Source: Spirochaetia bacterium (GTDB lineage: Bacteria > Spirochaetota > Spirochaetia > UBA9216). Taken from it: a stretch of 64,000 bases of DNA. Shown here in pieces: positions 17,916-26,310 of the stretch; position 1 is the first letter of the stretch; each line of letters starts with the position of its first letter. The position numbers and the translations under genes are program-made. The stretch covers positions 2,144,001-2,208,000 of the forward strand of contig OY776510.1 in the NCBI GenBank assembly GCA_963675665.1, in the 5' to 3' direction. The notes beneath the pieces were generated by a model. It was not told the DNA's origin, searched no databases, and saw only the letters and a list, made by a program, of their open reading frames with translations.

Positions 17916-19358
17916 TCAGGGACGGAAACTGCTGATTTCTCCATCGGCGCGAACATGGGTGATTAGCATGCTGTGTTCAGCGAGATCGATTGTTAAGATT
18001 GCAATTTCAGAATTACCGTTGCGCCTGATAACAAGGGTTTTGTTGCCTTTGTTTTTATCAATTGAGAATTCCCCGGAAAAAGCAGAACAGCTCATGCGGA
18101 ATTCCATCAGCTGCTTCAGGCGCATGACGACCGGGCGTTCCGAATCAGCTTTGATTTCAGCAGTTGTATAATTATGCCGGTTGATATCACGTCCGTTTCG
18201 GGTTTTCTCAACAAGTTCAAGGTCATTGCGTCCGGCGAGCATTCCTACATAGTATACCTGCGGTATTCCGGGAGCAAAGAACTGAATTGCGCGGGCCATA
18301 ATGTAGGCGTCATCATTCTCGCCCATCGCGCTGTAATATGTACAGTTTATCTGATAAATATCAAGGTTGTGGTATTCGGAGGTTGAATATTTGCGGTTAA
18401 TATTAGAACCCCTGCTGTATAATTTTTCAACAGTGAATGCCGTTTGTTCTTCAGTAAGCAGTCCTGCAGCGTCTACTACACCGATACCGTCATGTGTATC
18501 AAGAGTTGTGTACTGTTTCCGGGGGCATATTGTCAGCCAGTATTTAAGCGGGCTGAAGTCTGAAGCATACCAGGAATAGAGAAGCAGGAGGGGGAGCGCA
18601 AAATCGTAAACATAATACCCTTTGCCGGCCATTTTAAGCTGGATTGTATAATGTTCATGCATTTCAGGCAGAAGATCAATTTTAAAAATCTCAGCTATTG
18701 CCTTGAGCCTGTCAAGTGTGTTCCAGATATCGGGCTCAACCATGAAGCAGCTTGTACCGCGCTTTTTTGAAATATATCCGACTGCGTCGAGCCTGACAGT
18801 TTTTATTCCGCCTGCTGCAAGATGTTTTAATGTTTCTTCAAAGAGCTTGAGACCGGCGGATGAAGCAATATCAATATCAATCTGTTCTTCGCTGAATGTG
18901 CACCATATCTTTTTTTCATTTCCTGATTTAAACCTTATTGTCAGCCAGGGCTCGGTGGGCTGTCGTCTGTAGATTTTTGTAATCTCTTCAGGGGTAGGGC
19001 CTTCAGCGCCGAAAATCTGTTCGACCGGCAGGAAAAGATCTGCATATTCCGATTTGTTTTCCTTATCTATCCAGTCTCTGAAATAAACTGATTTTCTGGA
19101 AATATGGTTAACCATAAAGTCGGCCATTATTTCATAATCGGCGCCGAGTTCGGAAAGAGATTCCCAGCTGCCGAACGCCGGATCAATTTCCGAGTACGTA
19201 ATCGGTGAAAACCCCCTGTCTCCCGACGACGGGAAGAACGGGAGCAGGTGTATGCCCGAGATGCATCCCGGGAAATATATATTCAGGCAGGAGCGAAGGG
19301 CTTTTATATCGCCTCCGAAGCTGTCAGCATAGGTGATTAATACTACTCCGTTTTTCAT
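17916..19358 (-). CDS. gtfA: Sucrose phosphorylase (GH13_18)
   Basis: LITYADS, HLLPFFPSSGDRGF, DFMVNH, RLDAVGY, PEMHEH, TLDTHDGIG, NLDIYQINCTYYS, PGIPQVYYVG, GRDINRH. Confidence 0.9.
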   Translation of the reverse strand: MKNGVVLITYADSFGGDIKALRSCLNIYFPGCISGIHLLPFFPSSGDRGFSPITYSEIDPAFGSWESLSELGADYEIMADFMVNHISRKSVYFRDWIDKENKSEYADLFLPVEQIFGAEGPTPEEITKIYRRQPTEPWLTIRFKSGNEKKIWCTFSEEQIDIDIASSAGLKLFEETLKHLAAGGIKTVRLDAVGYISKKRGTSCFMVEPDIWNTLDRLKAIAEIFKIDLLPEMHEHYTIQLKMAGKGYYVYDFALPLLLLYSWYASDFSPLKYWLTICPRKQYTTLDTHDGIGVVDAAGLLTEEQTAFTVEKLYSRGSNINRKYSTSEYHNLDIYQINCTYYSAMGENDDAYIMARAIQFFAPGIPQVYYVGMLAGRNDLELVEKTRNGRDINRHNYTTAEIKADSERPVVMRLKQLMEFRMSCSAFSGEFSIDKNKGNKTLVIRRNGNSEIAILTIDLAEHSMLITHVRADGEISSFRP

Positions 19359-19378
19359 TCATTACTCCGTAAACAAAA

Positions 19379-19499
19379 CCCGGCCAGGGACGACCCAGAC
19401 AATACATTCTGGCCATGGATGGCCATAGCTTAAAATGCTGAAGTTTGCAAAACATTGCAAACTTCAAAATGAAATTGGACATGGATGTCCAATTTCATT
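19379..19499 (-). repeat. Intergenic mosaic hairpin repeat, copy 2 (four hairpins)
   Basis: Minus strand: AATGAAATTGGAC-ATCCAT-GTCCAATTTCATT; GAAGTTTGCAA-tgtt-TTGCAAACTTC; TGGCC-ATCCAT-GGCCA; GGTC-GTCCCT-GGCC. Confidence 0.65.
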
Positions 19500-20589
19500 A
19501 CCCTTTAACAGATCCCGCCATCAGTCCCCGGACAAAGAACCTCTGGAGGCCGAAGAAGACGACAAGCGGAATTATCATACTCATGAAAGCTCCCGCGGTC
19601 AGGATGTGCCAGTCCTGTCCCTTTTCTCCGACCATGGCGGCCAGTGCGGCTGTGACAACCCTGTTCTTGTCGCCGAGAAAAACAAGAGCAACAAGGTAAT
19701 CGTTCCATACCCACAGGAACTGGAAGATTGCAAAGCTTGCCAAAGCAGGAATCGAGAGCGGAAGCACAAGCTGGACGAAAGTAACGAATGGAGTTGCGCC
19801 GTCGAGATAGGCTGATTCAAAGATATCTCTGGGCAGGTTGCTTATATAGTTATAAAGTAGATAAACAGCAAGCGGAAGCCCGAACCCGGTATGGGCCAGC
19901 CACATTCCAAGATAGGTTCCGTTCAGTCCCCAGCTGGTATAATCTCTGAGAATGGGAATAAGAGCTATCTGAAGCGGAACTACAAGCAGAGCTACAACCA
20001 TTATGAAAAGCGGTTTGCGTCCCGGGAAATCCATCCATGCAAAAGCGTATGCGGCAAAAGCGGCAATGAGTATGGGTATTACTGTTGCGGGAATACTTAC
20101 TGCGATGGAATTCAGTACGGCGTCGGCAAAGTTGTTCCCCTGTCTGGTTATGGTATTTCCCTGAGCGTCCTTGAACGTAATGGTTCCGGCCGACAGAACG
20201 TCTTTGTAATTCTGCAAGGTAAGGTTGGCTCCGAAGCCCACCCATTTCTCTTCGAATACCTCTATTTTCCTTGAACGCTTGTTGCCGTACCATTGAAGAG
20301 TACGGCCTTCGGACACTTCAATTCCTTCGCGCCAATCCTGGAAAGAAGCAGTCACACCTTCGATTTCAATCGGTTGATTGGGATCTGTTTCCGCCGGCAG
20401 TTCGAATTCATCGGATTTCACCGTGTCCTTGTGCGGCAGAACGGTCCACCAGCCTGAAGAATATATATCAGTTGAATCACGCCAGGATGTTATAAAAACA
20501 CCCAGGGTAGGAATAGTCCAGGCTGCTACAATTATTATCAATACAATGGTTACTACCGGATTGCTTTTCTTTTGCTCTTTTTTACTCAT
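19498..20589 (-). CDS. Carbohydrate ABC permease (MalG/AglG-like)
   Basis: AAYAFAWMDFPGR, LAHTGFGLPL, LPRDIFESAYLDGA EAA loop, FLWVWND, FVRGLMAGSVKG. Confidence 0.92.
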   Translation of the reverse strand: MSKKEQKKSNPVVTIVLIIIVAAWTIPTLGVFITSWRDSTDIYSSGWWTVLPHKDTVKSDEFELPAETDPNQPIEIEGVTASFQDWREGIEVSEGRTLQWYGNKRSRKIEVFEEKWVGFGANLTLQNYKDVLSAGTITFKDAQGNTITRQGNNFADAVLNSIAVSIPATVIPILIAAFAAYAFAWMDFPGRKPLFIMVVALLVVPLQIALIPILRDYTSWGLNGTYLGMWLAHTGFGLPLAVYLLYNYISNLPRDIFESAYLDGATPFVTFVQLVLPLSIPALASFAIFQFLWVWNDYLVALVFLGDKNRVVTAALAAMVGEKGQDWHILTAGAFMSMIIPLVVFFGLQRFFVRGLMAGSVKG

Positions 20590-21668
20590 TTCAAAGTCCT
20601 CCTTCCCCTGAATTCTCTGAGGTTGTACATCAGTACAGGTACAATTACTACCAGAAGAACAATTGCAATCGCTGAGGCCTGGCCGGAGTGGCCATAAGTA
20701 AACTGCCGCAGGTAAAATTCGTTCGCGATAACATTGGTTCCGAAATTACCTCCCGTCATAACCCTGACAATATCAAAAAGTTTAAGGCTGAAGATCAGTA
20801 TTGTTGTTGTAACCGTGATTAATGTCGGCATGATATACGGGATTGTAATTCTGAAAAAGATTATAAAAGAATTTGCCCCGTCGACGCGGGCCGCTTCATT
20901 TATTTCGCCCGGAATCGCCTTGATTGCTGAAGACAGTATAACCATTGCATATCCGGTCTGAAGCCAAATCATTATCACTATAAGAAAAAAGTTGTTCCAG
21001 AACGGGATTAAAAGCCATGGCTGTGCTTCTCCTCCGAATGATGTGACTATTGCATTTAATAAACCTATTTCAGTAACATTGAATCCTTCGCCTTTATAAG
21101 CATACATAAACTTCCATATTACGCCTGCGCCTACAAAGGATATTGCCATAGGCATAAAGATTAATGATTTAAAAAGCTTTTCGTGACGGCTTTTATCTGC
21201 CAGCACCGCGATAACCAGGCCCATTATTACACAGAAAGCAGTGCCGAAGATCATCCACAACAGATTGTTTCTAAAAGCTTCAAGCATAATCGGGTCGGTA
21301 AAAGCGAATTTAAAATTTGCAAGTCCTACAAATTTCATTGCGTGCGCATCCATAAGGCTCAGCCTGAGAGTTCTGATTGTAGGAACAACCAATGCCCAGA
21401 AAAGCAGGATGACCGCCGGGCCGGCAAAAACGATTGCAACTGCTACCGATCTGATTCTTCGCGGCATTGTTTCGGCGACAGCATTAAGCGTGAAAAAAAG
21501 AAGCGCTGCGCTGCAGAGCCCCCAGATAACAGCAAACAGGGTCATAAGGGTTTTAATTTCCTGCATCATCTGAAGCAGAAAAAAACCGCCGATGAGAACA
21601 ACCGCCGTAATTACCACGAGCCCTGCCAGGACAGCCGGATTCCTTTTAGAGTCAATGGTCATGCTCAT
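20586..21668 (-). CDS. Carbohydrate ABC permease (MalF/AglF-like)
   Basis: KSLIFMPMAISFVGAGVIWKFMY, IWLQTGYAMVILSSAIKAIP.EINEAARVDGA; SD aaggagg supports ATG 21668. Confidence 0.92.
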   Translation of the reverse strand: MSMTIDSKRNPAVLAGLVVITAVVLIGGFFLLQMMQEIKTLMTLFAVIWGLCSAALLFFTLNAVAETMPRRIRSVAVAIVFAGPAVILLFWALVVPTIRTLRLSLMDAHAMKFVGLANFKFAFTDPIMLEAFRNNLLWMIFGTAFCVIMGLVIAVLADKSRHEKLFKSLIFMPMAISFVGAGVIWKFMYAYKGEGFNVTEIGLLNAIVTSFGGEAQPWLLIPFWNNFFLIVIMIWLQTGYAMVILSSAIKAIPGEINEAARVDGANSFIIFFRITIPYIMPTLITVTTTILIFSLKLFDIVRVMTGGNFGTNVIANEFYLRQFTYGHSGQASAIAIVLLVVIVPVLMYNLREFRGRRTLK

Positions 21669-21700
21669 AGAAACCTCCTTGGGTTTTTGCATTTAAAGAA

Positions 21701-21735
21701 ACGGGAACAGAACCCGAAAGTGTCTCTGTTCCCGT
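21701..21735. other. Stem-loop between binding-protein and permease genes
   Basis: ACGGGAACAGA...TCTGTTCCCGT. Confidence 0.55.
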
Positions 21736-21758
21736 CGTAAAAAAGTCTGTGATGCTTA

Positions 21759-23090
21759 TTATTTAGGCCATGAAGCGTCGATAGCTTTAAGGGCTTCGTC
21801 AAGTGTTTTGGAGCCTGAAACATAAGCTGTCATTTCTTTCCAGAAAGAACCTGCTCCGACCTGTCCGGGCATAAGATCCGAACCGTCGAACCGAACTGAC
21901 GTTGCATTCTGAATTACTTCCGCAACCTTTCTGTCTACTTCATTGGTGTACCAGCTGAGTTCCGAGTCTTTGTGGGGAGAAATGGCTCCGCCTGCTTTGA
22001 CCCATCCTTCAACTGATGCTCCGGTAGCGAAATACTGCATAACCATTCTTACTTCAGGTCTGTCGTTGAACATCGCATAGATATCGCCGGCAACAAGTAC
22101 AGGGCGCCCGTACTCTGCTTTTACGCTCGGCAGGTAGAAGAAGTCGTAGTCTTTGCCGGCTACAACATTGTCGGGGAAGAATGAGGTAACGAAGTTGCCC
22201 TGTTTGTGCAGCCATGCCTTGGGCGGTTTTTCAAACATAACCTTCGGCGCATCTCCGAAACTGGTTGTCGATATGCTCTTTCTGCCTCCGTAGACCATTC
22301 CGTCGGGAAACCAGATATTGGCTACTGTTTCAATGGCTTTACGTACTTCAGGGCTGTTGAATTTAAGATCGCCTTCAACCCATCGGTCGTAGTTTTCAAG
22401 GCTGGTTGTTCTGAGCATCATTTCTTCAACCCAGTCAGTCATGGGCCAGCCGGTTGCAGCGCCTGATTCGATTCCTACACACCAGGGAGTATCGCCGTCG
22501 GCCATGATTGTTTTCTGAAGCGCTTCGAGTTCCGCCCATGTTTTCGGTACTTTATATCCTGCTGCGTCGAATTCGGCTTTGTTATACCATACAAGTGATT
22601 TACCGTTTACACGGCCCCAGATACCGGCCATAATCGGTCCGTCTGGGGAATCCATTGTAGCCATATCAAGCCAGCTCTGAATGTAGTTTGATTTAACTTT
22701 TCCCATGTCCAGTGCTTTATTTAAATCGACAACATAGCCCTTTGCTACAAAGTTTTTCAGCAGTCCGGGTTGTGGAAAGTCGGCTATATCAGGCGGGTTG
22801 CCGCCCTCAATGGAAATACCGATGGAAGCTTCGAATTCCTTTGAGCCTTCATACTGAATGTCGATGCCCGTCATTTCTTCAAACGGTTTTACAGCGTTCT
22901 CGAATTTAACAGCATCGCTGTCTACGAACGGACCTGCCATTCTGACTACCGTGCCGCGCACTTCGGCATACGGATCATCAGCGGCCGCTTTCGTGTCGGC
23001 TGCTGCAGCGGGTTCTTCCTGCTTTCCACCTGCAAACGCGAAAGACGCAACAAGCAGTATGCAAAGCAATACTAACAGTGTTTTTTTCAT
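21759..23090 (-). CDS. Alpha-glucoside ABC substrate-binding protein (AglE-like)
   Basis: GNPPDIADFPQPGL, KSLVWYNK, PWCVGIESGAATGWPMTDWVE, RFDGSDLMPGQVGAGSFWKEM; signal peptide from ATG 23090 with SD aggaga. Confidence 0.9.
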   Translation of the reverse strand: MKKTLLVLLCILLVASFAFAGGKQEEPAAAADTKAAADDPYAEVRGTVVRMAGPFVDSDAVKFENAVKPFEEMTGIDIQYEGSKEFEASIGISIEGGNPPDIADFPQPGLLKNFVAKGYVVDLNKALDMGKVKSNYIQSWLDMATMDSPDGPIMAGIWGRVNGKSLVWYNKAEFDAAGYKVPKTWAELEALQKTIMADGDTPWCVGIESGAATGWPMTDWVEEMMLRTTSLENYDRWVEGDLKFNSPEVRKAIETVANIWFPDGMVYGGRKSISTTSFGDAPKVMFEKPPKAWLHKQGNFVTSFFPDNVVAGKDYDFFYLPSVKAEYGRPVLVAGDIYAMFNDRPEVRMVMQYFATGASVEGWVKAGGAISPHKDSELSWYTNEVDRKVAEVIQNATSVRFDGSDLMPGQVGAGSFWKEMTAYVSGSKTLDEALKAIDASWPK

Positions 23091-23154
23091 ATAAATCTCC
23101 TCTTTTACGGCCATCCGGCCGCAATTTTACTTTTTTACTGAAACCATACCGGTT

Positions 23155-24168
23155 TCAGGTTGTTTTTCTCTCAATAAGGCCGACCTGAAGGTTTACCTTT
23201 TGAATGGTTTCAACTTTTCCGGACATTCTTTCAAGCATCAGTCCTGCTGCAATTCTTCCGGAATCCGTTAAATGCTGCGAAATGGTTGAGAGTTCCATCC
23301 AGTCGGCGGCTTCGATATCGTCAAAACCGAGTATAGCCAGTTCTTCCGGGATGCTGACACCGTATTCCCTGGCAGCTTTCATGACCCCGATTGCGTGCAG
23401 ATCGGACATGGCGAATATCGCGCGCGGCCTGTGTCCCTCAGCCAGAAATTTACTGAATTTTTCATATGCATCAGGGACGGTTGTGGTTGATTCTATTATC
23501 AGATCAGGATCAAGTTCATATCCGTTGTTTCTGAGTGTTTCGCGGAATCCCTGCAGTCTGATCTCGGAGGGGTGGCAGCTGTAAGGGATGTCTTTTGTCT
23601 GGTCGCCGAAGAATGCACAGGGCAGGTAGTTCTTTTTCAGAAAAAGTTCCGCTGCAAGCTGGCCTCCCCGGAAACTGTCGGCAAGGACTCTTGAGTAGTT
23701 TTCATCATCCGATTCAATCATTATGACATTGAGATCCGACGCGTTCAGAATACGGTGCTGTTCGGCGGTCAGGTGTACGGACATCAGAATTAAGCCGTCT
23801 ATTCTTCTGGTGAACGGCACCGATGTAAGATATTCATCAAGCTGCTCGGGGGTTTCAATCGTATAAACAATTACCTCGAAGTTGGCTTCTCTAAGGGGAG
23901 GTATCATTCCGCTGAGCCTTGTTACGAAGGAAGGCGCCGGGAAGAAAGGCGTCAGAACCCCGATTCTGCCTACTGAACGCCTGGCGCGGGTTCCTGCATT
24001 CCCCTGCGGAATGTAATCGAGTTTTTCCATTGCATCGGCGATCCTCGCCCTGGTACTTTCTTTTACATTATCTGAATTATTGAGGAATCTTGAAACCGTT
24101 GTAATACTTACACCTGCTTCCTGGGCTACATCGTAGATTGTCATTCTTTCTGCATTAACTTTTGCCAT
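23155..24168 (-). CDS. LacI-family transcriptional regulator
   Basis: TIYDVAQEAGVSITTVSRFLN HTH; AIFAMSDLHAIG, ILGFDDI. Confidence 0.95.
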   Translation of the reverse strand: MAKVNAERMTIYDVAQEAGVSITTVSRFLNNSDNVKESTRARIADAMEKLDYIPQGNAGTRARRSVGRIGVLTPFFPAPSFVTRLSGMIPPLREANFEVIVYTIETPEQLDEYLTSVPFTRRIDGLILMSVHLTAEQHRILNASDLNVIMIESDDENYSRVLADSFRGGQLAAELFLKKNYLPCAFFGDQTKDIPYSCHPSEIRLQGFRETLRNNGYELDPDLIIESTTTVPDAYEKFSKFLAEGHRPRAIFAMSDLHAIGVMKAAREYGVSIPEELAILGFDDIEAADWMELSTISQHLTDSGRIAAGLMLERMSGKVETIQKVNLQVGLIERKTT

Positions 24169-24195
24169 AATTTTCTTCTTGTTTGAAAGAACTTA

Positions 24196-24211
24196 ATGAA
24201 AGTACTTTCAT
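24196..24211. promoter_or_regulatory. LacI-type operator O1
   Basis: Perfect 16-bp palindrome ATGAAAGTACTTTCAT, 27 bp upstream of the LacI start. Confidence 0.7.
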
Positions 24212-24249
24212 ATAAATACAGGATAAACCCGAAAATAGTCAATTGTCAA

Positions 24250-24263
24250 ATGAAAATTTTCAT
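24250..24263. promoter_or_regulatory. Possible LacI-type operator O2
   Basis: Palindrome ATGAAAATTTTCAT. Confidence 0.45.
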
Positions 24264-24330
24264 GAAAGTGTTGAAAAGTCCAATTATACGCTGTTTGCAT
24301 GAGTTTTGAAGGAAAAGGAAGGTTAATTTA

Positions 24331-24346
24331 ATGAAAGAGCTTTCAT
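24331..24346. promoter_or_regulatory. LacI-type operator O3
   Basis: ATGAAAGAGCTTTCAT, extended by TTAATTTA / TGAATTAA flanks. Confidence 0.65.
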
Positions 24347-24601
24347 TGAATTAAGAGAAGTCAGGATGGAGTATCTGTATATTTAATTCAACAGTTCCGT
24401 TGAACAGGAAAAGCGGTCTTCAGCCGGAATCCAGGTTTTACTTACCCGGGTATTTATATCTTTACAGCGGAATTCTGTTCAGGTAATGGTATATAGACTC
24501 TCATATAAATAAAAAAATAACTATAACAAATAAAAAACATGTCAAAATTTTGAAAAACAAAGAAAAAAATCTATAAATTAACATAAAACAAAATTTATAA
24601 C

Positions 24602-24630
24602 TTGACAACAACTGAAAGGATAGATAAGCT
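24602..24630 (+). promoter_or_regulatory. Sigma70-type promoter of the ALDH/ABC operon (TTGACA-17-TAAGCT)
   Basis: Perfect -35, 17-nt spacer, A-rich upstream tract. Confidence 0.65.
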
Positions 24631-24695
24631 GATTTATAAGGTATGCTGCTGATTTTTGATGGGTAAAAATTACAGTTGCTGACAGTACCAGGAGG

Positions 24696-24780
24696 AGTAA
24701 TAAAACATCATGGACGATATTTTATTATTTTGAAGTTTGCATTCGCAAGCTTCTTCTCCAACAGCCGCCATTCACGGCGG
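24696..24780 (+). repeat. Intergenic mosaic hairpin repeat, copy 3
   Basis: AGTAATAAAACATC-ATGGAC-GATATTTTATTATT; GAAGTTTGC-attc-GCAAGCTTC; CCGCC-attcac-GGCGG. Confidence 0.6.
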
Positions 24781-24802
24781 GAACATTTTATAGGAGGAAT
24801 AA

Positions 24803-26299
24803 ATGACAGTGGAATTCAAACTTCCTGAAGTACTCCAAGATAAAGCCAATCTGATTGGCGGTGTGCATTGCAATGCAAAATCAGGAAAGACCTTTGATCT
24901 CATCAGTCCTGTTACAGGGGAGGTTTTGGCAAAAATACCACTCTGTGATAAAGGGGATGTAGATGCTGCCGTGGCAGCGGCGAAAACTGCCTGGGAGCCT
25001 TATAAACTGACACCGATTTTCAAACGAGCCGAACTTATGCTCAGGATTGCTGAATTGATAAGAGAAAATGCAGAAACAATTGCCATGCTGAAAACTTTTG
25101 AAATGGGAAAATCCTATGAGCATGAATCAATGCCGTGCGCTCTTGAGACCGCGAAAAACTTTCAACTTGCCGGTGAAGATATCGTACGGATGGAGACTCC
25201 GATTATTCCGATGGAAGACCCTGATAAACGTGTCTTCACTCAGAGAGAGGGTGTGGGCGTAATGGCTGTTATTACTCCATGGAATTTCCCCACAACTATC
25301 CCGTCTGAATATCTTGGACCCGGACTTGCCGCAGGAAATTCCATAGTGATTAAACCTGCGTCTACAACCCCGCTTTCGATGATTATGGTAGGTTTTCTTA
25401 TTCAGCAGGCCCTTGATGAATTTGATATGCCGAAAGGCACTTTCAATCTTATTACAGGACCGGGTTCAACGGTCGGCGACTATCTTGTGTCGCACGAGGA
25501 TGTCGATATGATAGGGTTTACCGGCGAGACTGTTACCGGTCAATCGATTTGTTCAAGGGCCGGAATCAAAAAGACGCTGATGGAACTCGGCGGCAACGGT
25601 CCCCAAATTGTCTGTGAAGATGCAAACCTCAAGGAAGCTGCAATTGCTGCAGCAACAGGATGTTTTTACAATTCCGGACAGGTGTGCTGCGCCACTGAAA
25701 GAATTCTTGTTCATGAGAAGGTTCACGACAAGTTTGTTGAGTATATGCTCGAAGAAGTCCGTAACTGGGAACTTGGCAACCCGGCTGAATCCGGCGACTA
25801 TAAAATAGGGCCTTTGAATAATGAAGCCACTGCGGTCAAAACCGAAACGCACTTGAAGGATGCTGTTGCAAAAGGCGCAAAAATTCTGTCCGGAGGCGAA
25901 AGAGCTTCGGGATATCCTACAAAACTGTACTTTCCGGCCACTGTTATTGACGGTGTTACGGAAGAGATGCTGCTTAACAAGGAAGAAACATTCGGACCTG
26001 TTGCTCCCATTATCACTTTTAAAGATGACGATGAGGCTGTAAAGATTGCCAACGGAACTGGTTATGGCCTTCAGATGGCTGTTTTTACATCATCAATCAA
26101 AAAAGCGTTCTTTTATGCTGAAAAGCTGAGGACTGGAAACCTGGTTGTTAACGATACTACCGACTACTGGGAGGCGCATGAACCTTTCGGCGGCGGAGGC
26201 GGAACAAAGAGCGGGTATGGACGATTGGGGGGCAGATATACCCTTGAAGATGTAACATCTTTTAAAACAATCGCCATAGATATAAAGAAAACATTATAA
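24803..26299 (+). CDS. Aldehyde dehydrogenase family protein
   Basis: ITPWNFP, IKPA, FTGET, MELGGN, NSGQVCCA (catalytic Cys), EETFGP, YGL. Confidence 0.95.
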   Translation: MTVEFKLPEVLQDKANLIGGVHCNAKSGKTFDLISPVTGEVLAKIPLCDKGDVDAAVAAAKTAWEPYKLTPIFKRAELMLRIAELIRENAETIAMLKTFEMGKSYEHESMPCALETAKNFQLAGEDIVRMETPIIPMEDPDKRVFTQREGVGVMAVITPWNFPTTIPSEYLGPGLAAGNSIVIKPASTTPLSMIMVGFLIQQALDEFDMPKGTFNLITGPGSTVGDYLVSHEDVDMIGFTGETVTGQSICSRAGIKKTLMELGGNGPQIVCEDANLKEAAIAAATGCFYNSGQVCCATERILVHEKVHDKFVEYMLEEVRNWELGNPAESGDYKIGPLNNEATAVKTETHLKDAVAKGAKILSGGERASGYPTKLYFPATVIDGVTEEMLLNKEETFGPVAPIITFKDDDEAVKIANGTGYGLQMAVFTSSIKKAFFYAEKLRTGNLVVNDTTDYWEAHEPFGGGGGTKSGYGRLGGRYTLEDVTSFKTIAIDIKKTL

Positions 26300-26310
26300 G
26301 GGAGAATAAA

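Noticed and set aside
23108-23121. CGGCC-ATCC-GGCCG hairpin before the AglE-like gene as a fourth repeat copy
   Set aside because: The loop is 4 nt and the GAAGTTTGC partner hairpin is absent; too short to assign.
24710-24733. Leu/Ile attenuator leader peptide MDDILLF
   Set aside because: The SD is 14 nt away, the ATG lies in the loop of the repeat hairpin, and no terminator with a U-tract follows.
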